NCBI GenBank assembly: GCA_008369845.1
Contig: MRSU01009833.1
Coordinates: forward strand, 1-34,823
Length of the DNA stretch: 34,823 nucleotides
Origin: Trichomonas gallinae
Lineage: Eukaryota
Direction of reading: 5' to 3'
Part shown: one piece after another, positions 20,739 to 30,151 of the stretch
Layout of the letters: each line of letters starts with the position of its first letter
How positions within the stretch are numbered: the first letter of the stretch is position 1
The notes under the pieces: generated by a model
Database searches by the model: none
What the model was told of the DNA's origin: nothing
Seen by the model: only the letters and a program-made list of their open reading frames with translations
Position numbers and translations under genes: made by a program

Positions 20739-21662
20739 TTACTCTTCAATGATGTTTTTGTTTAGTTCGGCTTCATTATCTTTAATATATTGTTGAATGG
20801 TTTGGATTTGGTTATTGATGATTTCTTCAAGCCTATTGACTTTCTCTTGATAATCCAATTCCATTTGTCTCATTTGGTCGCAATTTTGTTGAAGTTTCTG
20901 ATTATCCTCAGCTTGTTCAATTTCTGCTTCCTCGATGATTTGTCGTGATGGTTTATTGCTATCTTTATTATCTTGTAAAGTAAACTCGATTTGAATTTTC
21001 GCTTTCTTCTTTTGATACGCGCTAAGCTTATCTCTATATGACGCATTTGCCTCCTTTGTTTCTCTAATAGCTTGACGCAGTTGCGAGATGTGTTCACTTG
21101 ATTGTATAGCGCTGGCATCTCTAAGTATTGCTTCGAAGTGATTTTGTACTGCTTTTTGATTAGCAAAGTCTTCTTGGATACGTTTCATTTCTATGTAAGC
21201 AACTGCAACTTCTTGTTCGAGTTCTTTTGCAATCCAATATTTATCATCTACTTTTGCTTTCTCAATCTGCTCTTCCACATCATTTAAATGCGATTGTGAT
21301 CCTTCAAGGCTGCGCTTGAGCATTGGAATTGTGTTTTTATGATTTGAAGAGCCTGCAGGTCCTTCAGCGGATTGCTCAAATGTTTTATTGATCATTGTAG
21401 TATTCGAATCGATTTTTTGTGTTGTTCTAGCGATAATTGAACGATTTTTCTTCGTTTGTTCCTGCATTGTCAAAATTTGTAATCTTATTTCGTGGAGATT
21501 CACTGGTTTAATGGGTTCTTCATTTACAGGAGCCTGCGAAGTTCGGCTCTTTGTGGTGTTCAAACCTGGCAAAGCTCGAAGCTGCCGGGATCCGTATGAA
21601 GTTCTCGCGCGCATAACGAATAAATAATCGTCGCGGGCTTTTATTATCTTATCATTATTCAT
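20739..21662 (-). CDS. Coiled-coil hypothetical protein
   Basis: 307-aa ATG ORF with E/Q/K-rich heptads throughout. Confidence 0.75.
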   Translation of the reverse strand: MNNDKIIKARDDYLFVMRARTSYGSRQLRALPGLNTTKSRTSQAPVNEEPIKPVNLHEIRLQILTMQEQTKKNRSIIARTTQKIDSNTTMINKTFEQSAEGPAGSSNHKNTIPMLKRSLEGSQSHLNDVEEQIEKAKVDDKYWIAKELEQEVAVAYIEMKRIQEDFANQKAVQNHFEAILRDASAIQSSEHISQLRQAIRETKEANASYRDKLSAYQKKKAKIQIEFTLQDNKDSNKPSRQIIEEAEIEQAEDNQKLQQNCDQMRQMELDYQEKVNRLEEIINNQIQTIQQYIKDNEAELNKNIIEE

Positions 21663-22201
21663 ATCTTCATATAGTATTTTTCGGTAAAAATTCAGTTAAA
21701 ATTCGCGAATTTCAATATCTGCAAATCGTTATAACAGAATAAGCATGTTTTAATCACTTGGCATGCATCTATATCATCACACAAAAGCATTGCTTTCTAA
21801 ATTTATATGTATTATCGATGATGAAATTTATTACGACAATATTTTAATGTTAAAAAGGTGTGGGCATCTGGTTATCCCAGTAAAATCCTTCCATATTAAG
21901 GATATAGATACAGAATGGCTATAAAAGTAACAGATTAGAAAATATCAAAATATTATAAGAGATTCACTGATTTTGAACGACCTCAATTAATTTTATGATA
22001 AAAATGAAATAATACTTGAGTTTGAGTGAGAAACAGCAATGTAAATTATAATGTCGAATATTCTACAAGAAAATCAAGTAAACAAGAATTGATTTCTTTT
22101 ATGATATTAGATTATATAGTATACTATCATATTTACCTACTAGTTTAGAACAATTCTAATCACCTAAGTTTGTAGACTTCAATTATTAACCAGGTAAATT
22201 T

Positions 22202-22275
22202 TTGACGCATAAATATTGTATTTTGACGTGTAAAATATTATCTGTCACGTAAAATGAATTTTTTGTCACAAGAAA
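22202..22275 (+). promoter_or_regulatory. MND1 promoter with four phased copies of a TTGWCRYGTAAA-like motif
   Basis: Copies start at 22202, 22223, 22242 and 22263 (spacing 21, 19, 21), ending just before the ATG at 22276. Confidence 0.55.
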
Positions 22276-22893
22276 ATGTCGAGAAAAAAAGGTATGTCTC
22301 GTGAAGAAAAATTGATGGCAATGCAAGAATTGATGATGGAAAGTGCTGATATATGGACCCTTAAAGACTTAGAGCGTGATTGTCCTAAGAAAAAAGGAAT
22401 TACTGCAATGAGTGTGAAGGAAGTCTTGCAAGAACTATGCGACAATGATCTCGTTTCTTTCGAAAAGATCGGAAGTGGCAATTTTTACTGGTGTTTTCCT
22501 TCAGAAGCTTTCAATAAACGAAAAGTTAGAGAGAATAAGTTAAATGCGTCTATTGCTGAGGTTCAACAGGAAATTATGCAATTACAATTCGAAATACAAC
22601 AATTAGAGCCAGGTAGAGAACCATGCGAAGAAAGAACAAAATTGGATTCTGAAATTGAAACATTTTCACAACAATTAGCGCAAATACGAAAAGAATGCAG
22701 CAAATATGAACAGTTCGACCCTGCACAAATCAAGAAAACTCAAGAGCAAATCGTGACTGCAAAAGATGCAGCAAATAGATGGACAGATAATATATTCCAG
22801 CTCAGATCATGGGCAGTTAAAACATGTAATATTGACCCGAAGGCTTTCAACGAAGCTTTTCAGATCTCTGAGGATTTCGATTACTTTGAATAA
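22276..22893 (+). CDS. MND1: Meiotic nuclear division protein 1 (Hop2-Mnd1 subunit)
   Basis: MSRKKGMSREEK...TLKDLE...PKKKGITAMSVKEVLQEL.DNDLV..EKIGSGNFYWCFPS...AANRWTDNIF is the canonical Mnd1 signature. 205 aa. Confidence 0.96.
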   Translation: MSRKKGMSREEKLMAMQELMMESADIWTLKDLERDCPKKKGITAMSVKEVLQELCDNDLVSFEKIGSGNFYWCFPSEAFNKRKVRENKLNASIAEVQQEIMQLQFEIQQLEPGREPCEERTKLDSEIETFSQQLAQIRKECSKYEQFDPAQIKKTQEQIVTAKDAANRWTDNIFQLRSWAVKTCNIDPKAFNEAFQISEDFDYFE

Positions 22894-23321
22894 GAATTAA
22901 CTCTTTATTTTTCTTACTTATACGTTCTATTGACCTTTTCATGTAGAAAATATTATTGTTTATATTAAATTTTATTCTATCATTATAATTATTCGAATTG
23001 TTAAAACTAAGGACATCAAAAATGATAGGAAATTATCACCTTTATATCATTTCCAAGTTTTTTATGGCTAAAATCATATTTTTTTTAGAATAAAACAAAA
23101 ATATTGAACAAAATCATATAATATTGTTGTGAATAAGTGTGATGTGGAGCATTTTATTTATATTGCAATTACTATCATTAAAATAATTACTATCTTATCT
23201 GTATTGTCAAATTATTTTGGACATCTTATAATTTGTACATATAGGATGTCATATTTAAATAGAAATCATTATCATTAAAATAAAGACAAACAATTTATTA
23301 TAATAAAATTATGAAAAAAAA

Positions 23322-25334
23322 TTATGATCGAATAATATTTCTGTATTCTTCAGTGGGGTCATAGATCTGTATTGGCGTGTATGAGCAGTCACCGTTGTTT
23401 CTCATATGATCGAGGAATGAGAAATCTACTGGCATGGATATTTCTTCCACCTTCATTTGTTCTTCGTCCGGTGTTAAATCGGGTAGATCCTGAAGAGCAG
23501 GAGGCTCATGCACTGCTTCTTCCTCGTGTGCTTCCTCTTCTTCCGATGCAATAACGCGAATCAGTGGCAAGCCAGTGTCAACTTTGTTGAAGAGACTAAA
23601 AACGAAAGGTTCAACTTCTTCTGTTTCTTCTTTTTTAACTGGTTTTTCTTTTGGTTGTTTTCGTTTGTTTGGTTTCTCTTTTTCTTGTTCTTTCTTTTTC
23701 TTCTTCTTAAGGGCTTGTTTTTCCTTCTCCTTCTCAAGTTTTTCTTGTTTAGAGGCTTCTTTTATTGCTCTTTGAAGTCTACGAGCTTCTCTGAGGCTTG
23801 TATCTTGCTGCGGAGGCGGAGAGGAAGGTGGATCAACAACTGAGTCAATATCGAAGTGCCATGCCATGAAATCTGTTGGTTCTATGAGAGTTCCGGGTGG
23901 AAAATCGATCGGAAGAGTTAATTCTGAATTAGCTGGAATAGCGAATTTACCTCTACGCGTGCGACTATCAATTCCATTGGCATCTGAGATACCTGAGAAT
24001 ATTCCTACATAATAATTGTTCTTTGATTGGAATAATTTCACGATACAATTTGGATTTAGACTTCTATGGAAACTTAAGCCAATTTGAGGAATATTGTATG
24101 TGTCTATAATAAATTTAGATGAGAATATAGAGAATTGGCTCGTTTCTATTCCATTATCGTAATTAAATTCATCTGAAAGTCCAACCCAACCGCTTAAAAT
24201 GCAAACTAACTGTTCTGGCTGAAGTTCATTCTTACAGAACACGCCATTAGGACCAACACTCAATTCCACTTGCTGATTAATATTTGAAATTTCTTGAAGA
24301 TGTTTCAGCTTGCTAAAATCAGCCTGAGCGTTTTCTGTTACTTGAATTGGATCAAAAACAAATGAAGTGTAGACCATAGGATATGGTGGTTCTTTGTATA
24401 AATCTAATTTTGCTAGAATATCAACAAGAGCAATGACTTGTTCACTATTAACTGAAAATAATCTGTTTGCAATGAAAAACAAGCATTTGTAGAAAGATGC
24501 AGCAACATCACTTCTTCTTTTTCGAACAGTTTGGAATGAAATTGATGGATGTGTAATGTAGAAGAATGAACGGAACTCGCTGTATATTACACTTAGAAAA
24601 TGAAACAATGTTAAATCTTTCATTAATAATTTTCCAATTAAAACTGAATAAAACGGAGTTGAACGTATAGCACTGTGCATATTTTCTACTAATGATTTGG
24701 TGAGATTAACTTTTGGATTTGGAAAATTCAAATTATTCGGTAAAGAAACATCTGGAAGTTGTTGGAAGGTTCCGCCGCATCTCTTGCATACATATGTATC
24801 AGGATTAACAGGCCCAATGTCCAAACCTTCACATTGCCTGTGAACATAATATTTGCATTTTGTACAACGTATAAGCGGAAGTGTGTAGTCAAGGTTGTCA
24901 TCGCATGAGCATCTAATATGCTTATGCGCGCAAATTGGGCAAGTATAATGATTAGAAAGTCGAAATTGAAGTTCATTAACACATTTAGCATGCTGCCAGC
25001 AATCACACTTCTCGCATTGTATCATAAATCCTTGCTCAAGTGTGCTTTCACAGAAGCATCGAAGATTCCATCGATCTCCAAATTCTCCTGTAATTTCTGT
25101 TGGTTTTGGAATGGTTGCTTGAAAAACTGTTGTCGGAGCGGCTATAATCCTTGGTTTTCTTACAGTTGGCTGCGGAATTATGACTTTTACTGGAGGTTTT
25201 GGAGTTGAACTATTATTAGATCCAACGAGAAAGTCTGAAAACGAGAATGGTTTCGGCTTTTCTACTGTGTGGGTGTCAACAAGTAAATCTTGAAGTGAAG
25301 GGCCCGTATAAGTATTCGGTGCCTTTTCACTCAT
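23322..25334 (-). CDS. Tandem PHD fingers plus degenerate SET domain (SET3/MLL5-like)
   Basis: PHD1: RCFC......GFMIQCEKCDCWQHAKC.....YTCPIC. PHD2: RCSC...LIRCTKCKYYVHRQC...YVCKRC. SET-like: GVFC...FHRSLNPNC...VGIFS...IPANSELTLPIDF. Confidence 0.82.
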   Translation of the reverse strand: MSEKAPNTYTGPSLQDLLVDTHTVEKPKPFSFSDFLVGSNNSSTPKPPVKVIIPQPTVRKPRIIAAPTTVFQATIPKPTEITGEFGDRWNLRCFCESTLEQGFMIQCEKCDCWQHAKCVNELQFRLSNHYTCPICAHKHIRCSCDDNLDYTLPLIRCTKCKYYVHRQCEGLDIGPVNPDTYVCKRCGGTFQQLPDVSLPNNLNFPNPKVNLTKSLVENMHSAIRSTPFYSVLIGKLLMKDLTLFHFLSVIYSEFRSFFYITHPSISFQTVRKRRSDVAASFYKCLFFIANRLFSVNSEQVIALVDILAKLDLYKEPPYPMVYTSFVFDPIQVTENAQADFSKLKHLQEISNINQQVELSVGPNGVFCKNELQPEQLVCILSGWVGLSDEFNYDNGIETSQFSIFSSKFIIDTYNIPQIGLSFHRSLNPNCIVKLFQSKNNYYVGIFSGISDANGIDSRTRRGKFAIPANSELTLPIDFPPGTLIEPTDFMAWHFDIDSVVDPPSSPPPQQDTSLREARRLQRAIKEASKQEKLEKEKEKQALKKKKKKEQEKEKPNKRKQPKEKPVKKEETEEVEPFVFSLFNKVDTGLPLIRVIASEEEEAHEEEAVHEPPALQDLPDLTPDEEQMKVEEISMPVDFSFLDHMRNNGDCSYTPIQIYDPTEEYRNIIRS

Positions 25335-25596
25335 TAAAAATTTCTGATTTATAAATTATTTTTACATTTCAAAAATTTACTTACATGTCAAATTTATAAC
25401 TTTACATAACAAAAATTGATTATTTGACAAAACTTTATTTTACATAGCAATTTTCTATTTACATGTCAAATATATATCTTTTTACATAACAAAAAATCCC
25501 ATCATGATTTATAATTGAATATATCATGTTCATGAGCCAATATAGTGATTTGATATGGTAAAAATGGCCAAATGTGATAAAAAAAATTTAAACATT

Positions 25597-26577
25597 TTAT
25601 TTCTTTGCGCGAGTTGTCTTTTTGACAGGCGCATTCTGTCTTTCTCCCATGTGGATCTCGATTTCTTTGATTTTGCCGATAAGAACTCTCTCTTTTTCAT
25701 CGAATTCTGCAACAAATTTTTCATGCATCTTCGCGAGAGTGTCTTTGAGCATATCTGCCGGCACTTGTGGCCCTCTATCCTTGATTTCTTCTTGTTCTAT
25801 CTGTGGTGGCGGCAGTTGCTCTGCCTGTGGAGTCTTGACTTGTTCTTGGGATTCGTTTCTTGGCGATGAAGTTGCTCTGTCGCGTGATTTGCTTGATCTG
25901 CCTGAATCACGCTGAGATGTCAGAGACTTCTGCTCGTCATCAGCTTTAGCAGACTCAGGAGCTGAAGAAGCCATATTGGATTGATCCATTTCCATTTCAG
26001 AAAGTGCTGGCATTTGTGGAACATCAATCATTGCTGGACCAAGGGTGCGGAAATTCAAAACTGGCTTCCTTGTGAAGCAATATTGAATCATTTTCGCATT
26101 TCTAAAGAAATTAGTAATAAAGAATTCCTGGATGATTTTAATATCTGTAATATCGAAAATTCCAGAAGAAAATGGCGGACGCTCTACAGAGTGATTTAAT
26201 AAAACATGTTCAAATCGTTTCATAAGCTTTTCTGGTTGATAATATGGATGGAATATAACTTGCTGAAGCATAGCAATGTATATAGTAAGAAAAACAATGG
26301 CTTTTGAATATGGGATCTGATTATCTGATGCAAATAAAATTGCATTATGAACTAAATCAATTAAAACTTCACGTGCAACTTCATCTACCTCTCCTTGCTC
26401 GTTCTGCACATAAGAATCGAGCTGGAACAAAAATTGAATTCTGGCGCGATACATTTGTTGATCTGGACATGAATTTATACTGCAAAGATTTTGTGCTGTG
26501 ATAATAGGAGGCACCATACCCCTATTGGTAACAAAATCATCGATTTCAGTAGCAACTTGCTCTGTTAATTCGATCAT
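25597..26577 (-). CDS. CFAP119: CFAP119/CCDC189-like flagellar central-apparatus C1a protein
   Basis: VLIDLVHNAILFA...FEHVLLNHSVERPPFSSGIFDITDIKIIQEFFITNFFRNAKMIQYCF matches the C1a-32/CCDC189 core. C-terminal coiled coil. Confidence 0.75.
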   Translation of the reverse strand: MIELTEQVATEIDDFVTNRGMVPPIITAQNLCSINSCPDQQMYRARIQFLFQLDSYVQNEQGEVDEVAREVLIDLVHNAILFASDNQIPYSKAIVFLTIYIAMLQQVIFHPYYQPEKLMKRFEHVLLNHSVERPPFSSGIFDITDIKIIQEFFITNFFRNAKMIQYCFTRKPVLNFRTLGPAMIDVPQMPALSEMEMDQSNMASSAPESAKADDEQKSLTSQRDSGRSSKSRDRATSSPRNESQEQVKTPQAEQLPPPQIEQEEIKDRGPQVPADMLKDTLAKMHEKFVAEFDEKERVLIGKIKEIEIHMGERQNAPVKKTTRAKK

Positions 26578-26854
26578 TTTTTCCTTCTAAAATAACGAAT
26601 ATTTTAAAACCAAAATTTGCGGAAATTATGATTTATTATAACATAATAAGCCTATTTTACTTCTCAAAAAAATTCTGTTAAAAACGATTATTTTGAATAT
26701 TTACATGTCATATTTGTCACGTAAAAACTTTTAATTCAAAAAATGTAAACATTATATGTCAAAAATCAAATTATTTGTCAAAATATTTTTGAAATGTTTA
26801 TTTGTCGAAAAATAATATTTATTTGTCAAAACAAAAATGAAATTCAAACAATTT

Positions 26855-29479
26855 TTATTTCTCTTCTTTCTCAGTGTTAACAACGTCAAACAGTTGCATT
26901 AAGAGATCAATTCCTTTGGAAGGTGCCTTAGATGTATCAAATAATGTAGAATTTTCAGATAATGCTTCTCGTTCATCGACAAAATTAGTTGCGATGTCGC
27001 TTGACTCATATAAGAACAATATGAATGCTATTTCATGTGCAATGTTCCTTCTAAGTACGAGTCTGCATTTGTTCTTGACGAATGGAATAGGAACAGCATC
27101 GGGGATCTTAACGATACGCATAGAATACAATTCCTCAGAGCTTTTCATCACTTCAATGACGACATTGAACCTCGCGAGAACGCTGTTGTCTAACATCAGC
27201 CTTCCTCCTTCTGTGAATATGATGGCGCACTTCACTTCAGAGAGAAGGTTGTTCTTGATGTCAGTGTTGAAGTGAAAAGTCGAAATGAAATTGAATCTGA
27301 ACAAAGCAGTGTCATATGATGGTACAGGCAGTGCCGACACGTCATTATCAATCTTCACTTCCCTGAAGTTTCCTAAGTCACTGAAGAATCCATTCAAAGC
27401 AGTAGTAGACTTATTCGCTTCAAACAAGCTGTTGCAATATTTCGGGGATAACCTGCAGACTGGGACGTTGACGATTTTCGGTCCAACTGTTCTTTCGTAG
27501 GCTTGCAAAAGCACGTCATTGTTGCTGCCTGTGAGAACTTCGAGCTTGTTCTTGTTGTTGGCTGTGAAAAGACCCAAAGATGCAAGAATAGAAAATGTGT
27601 CAGGAGGCCTGGATGACTCTTCCCTAATGAATGGCTTAAAGCTGGCAGTTGGGGCGTTAGGGGGCGGGTTTGTTGGGTGAGGGAGTTCGACTGGTTCTAT
27701 GCTAGAAGGCTGTGAAGGAGTCATCTTGAATGCGGACATAGAATATCTGTTGCGTACAATGAGATATGCATAAGATCCATCGGGAGCAATAGTCGCGGAT
27801 GCGATGCCTGCGTTGAATCTGACTTTCTGAGAGCTCCTCTCCAACTCTTTTTGAAGATCTGACCCGGAAAGTTGGTATTTAATTGGAATTGCAATCAAAT
27901 TCAATAAGAAACCAACAAGGAATTTGTTCTTTGGAGAGTTCTTCGCTTTTTCATCGATTTCGTTGTAGATTTTCAGCAAAAGCTCTTGATTGTGCGGAAT
28001 TGAATTTGATGATGCGAGAACTTCAATCAAAAACAAAAGATATAAGTGGAGATTAGACTCGCGGAATGATGATAATTGAGCAAGTCTCGTCTCAATTGAC
28101 TCAGGAGTTGCGAGATTTTGAGAAAAATGAGGAGCAAATCCTTCATAAAGCAGCCAATTGGATTCTGTTGAATTTTCGAATGCGCTGAGCTCACTCTCGA
28201 AGAGTTCGAAGTTGCCAAGAGTCATAGCATTGAATACTTTGCTGTAATTTGGTCCATCATTTTTGATAATTGTTCTGCATAGATTAATCAAGGAAGTAAC
28301 ATTTGTGTTCGTTTGCAATTGAGATATTTCGTTAAGACTTGTGCAAATATGATAGATATGATCAATTAAATTATTTTCGAGTTTGAAATTTGAATTATTC
28401 AGAGCAACAATGAAATCTGGAATCAGATCTATGAAGAATTGAGGGCGTTTCGCAATGAAATTTGCCATTCCAGAGAGCATTAATAATATATCATATGGTT
28501 TTGCGCGTGAAACTTCTGTTCTTATTGCAGAATCTAAAACAGAAAGCCAATCACTGTTTTGTGGTATATATCCGAAAGCAAAGAAATCAAAGATAACTGA
28601 ATAATTAATTGGTTCAACCTTTTCTAAAGGGAAAATTGCATCAGCAAATGGTGCAAGTATATCTTCTATTGGATATTCGAAAGAAATCAGACCTTTTTTT
28701 GTCCTTAAAAGAGATCTACACACACCATAGAATAAGGTTTTCCTTGAAATTTGATTATTATCTTGAGAGTAAAGTACATCGAGAATGTTCGATATATACT
28801 GCGTATTTACTGGGTTTTGAGAACTCCATTGACCTTGTTCGAAATATTTCGGGTGACAATATTGTGGAATTATCAATGAAAGGACAATGTCACCAACGAA
28901 TAATTGAAATGCTAAATTGTCTGGACGTGACTTGAGTATTTTAATTGTTTCTGGATTAAATAATCCGGAACTGACGAAAATTTGCATGGACAAATTCCAA
29001 ATAATTTCTGTAGCTTCGTTATTTTCTGAATTGTGATTAATAAAATCTGGTAGAATCTGCATCAAAAACAGCCAAGTCTGATCTTCGTATTCGCATGGTG
29101 GAGAAAGAACAGTTGTTTGGAGAACGTGTGCTATAGAAAGTAAGTGACTAGTATTTTCTGTGAGTTTACAGTACTCTTTAATGATAGAAAGGCTTGCACG
29201 CAATATTTTATTTCTTAATTGTGGAGAATTTCCTGGAACAATTTTCAATAACCAGTTACAGAATATTGAAACTGTGTTATCAATAAGTTTCCTGTATTTA
29301 TCTTTTGGAAGATCCTGAAATATCGTAATAAAAATCGGAAATATAAAATCGAATTGGCTTTCTGTGACAATTTGCTCTAAATACTGCTTATCTTGCAGAC
29401 AGCCAATAATGTACTCAGTCAATGGAAGGAAATTTTCCTCCGGAACAAATGAATTCAATTGCAAATCATATGTTTCCAT
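26855..29479 (-). CDS. RalGAP/tuberin-like protein with a divergent Rap/Ran-GAP-like C-terminal domain
   Basis: ATG at 29479 preceded by an Inr-like TCACTC; helical N-terminus. YLIVRNRYSMSAF, NKSTTALNGFFSDLG, SYDTALFRFNFISTF, CAIIFTE and FNVVIEV occur in the order of RapGAP-family motifs. Confidence 0.6.
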   Translation of the reverse strand: METYDLQLNSFVPEENFLPLTEYIIGCLQDKQYLEQIVTESQFDFIFPIFITIFQDLPKDKYRKLIDNTVSIFCNWLLKIVPGNSPQLRNKILRASLSIIKEYCKLTENTSHLLSIAHVLQTTVLSPPCEYEDQTWLFLMQILPDFINHNSENNEATEIIWNLSMQIFVSSGLFNPETIKILKSRPDNLAFQLFVGDIVLSLIIPQYCHPKYFEQGQWSSQNPVNTQYISNILDVLYSQDNNQISRKTLFYGVCRSLLRTKKGLISFEYPIEDILAPFADAIFPLEKVEPINYSVIFDFFAFGYIPQNSDWLSVLDSAIRTEVSRAKPYDILLMLSGMANFIAKRPQFFIDLIPDFIVALNNSNFKLENNLIDHIYHICTSLNEISQLQTNTNVTSLINLCRTIIKNDGPNYSKVFNAMTLGNFELFESELSAFENSTESNWLLYEGFAPHFSQNLATPESIETRLAQLSSFRESNLHLYLLFLIEVLASSNSIPHNQELLLKIYNEIDEKAKNSPKNKFLVGFLLNLIAIPIKYQLSGSDLQKELERSSQKVRFNAGIASATIAPDGSYAYLIVRNRYSMSAFKMTPSQPSSIEPVELPHPTNPPPNAPTASFKPFIREESSRPPDTFSILASLGLFTANNKNKLEVLTGSNNDVLLQAYERTVGPKIVNVPVCRLSPKYCNSLFEANKSTTALNGFFSDLGNFREVKIDNDVSALPVPSYDTALFRFNFISTFHFNTDIKNNLLSEVKCAIIFTEGGRLMLDNSVLARFNVVIEVMKSSEELYSMRIVKIPDAVPIPFVKNKCRLVLRRNIAHEIAFILFLYESSDIATNFVDEREALSENSTLFDTSKAPSKGIDLLMQLFDVVNTEKEEK

Positions 29480-30151
29480 GAGTGACAAATTTCGTGTCAA
29501 AAACGTCAATTCAAACAAAAGTGACGTATTTTGAAAAGTTTACATAATCAAATTTTACAAAAACCGTTCACTTATGTTACATGTCAAAAATATGGTGTAA
29601 AGCGTTATATGTCATGTTTTCTCAACATATCAATATCTGGTTATAGCAATATCTGATTCTCACTTTAAAATTAATTCATACAATGACCTCTAAGCATTGT
29701 ATTTAGCAAGAGGAGTAGTAATACATGAAATGCATTTTTGGAGTTTGAAACTTTAGCATACTCGAAAAATAAATGAAATATCTTCACTTTCTTTTGAGAA
29801 TTTAAGTTTGCTAATGCATATCATTGATAGTGTACCAACTATGAAAACTATTGGCCTCAGAATCTATTCAATTCTTTATGCTGGTGTTGTAAAGAGTCTA
29901 CTTCTATACCATCGAGAAAAAAAAAAATAATTTTTTTCAACACATCAAATATTTGATAAGATAGAGAATTTTCAAATCTAGTTTTGCCTCCGTATAGTGA
30001 GAAGACGACATAAGAAAAATCCACATTTGTAAAACGAAACATTGCAAGTATTCTTTTCGCAATATTTGGAAATAGTACGTCAATTATAATAGGCTATAAA
30101 AAAACTTGATTTAACATAAAAATTACAAACAAATTTTTATTTCTAAGATAT

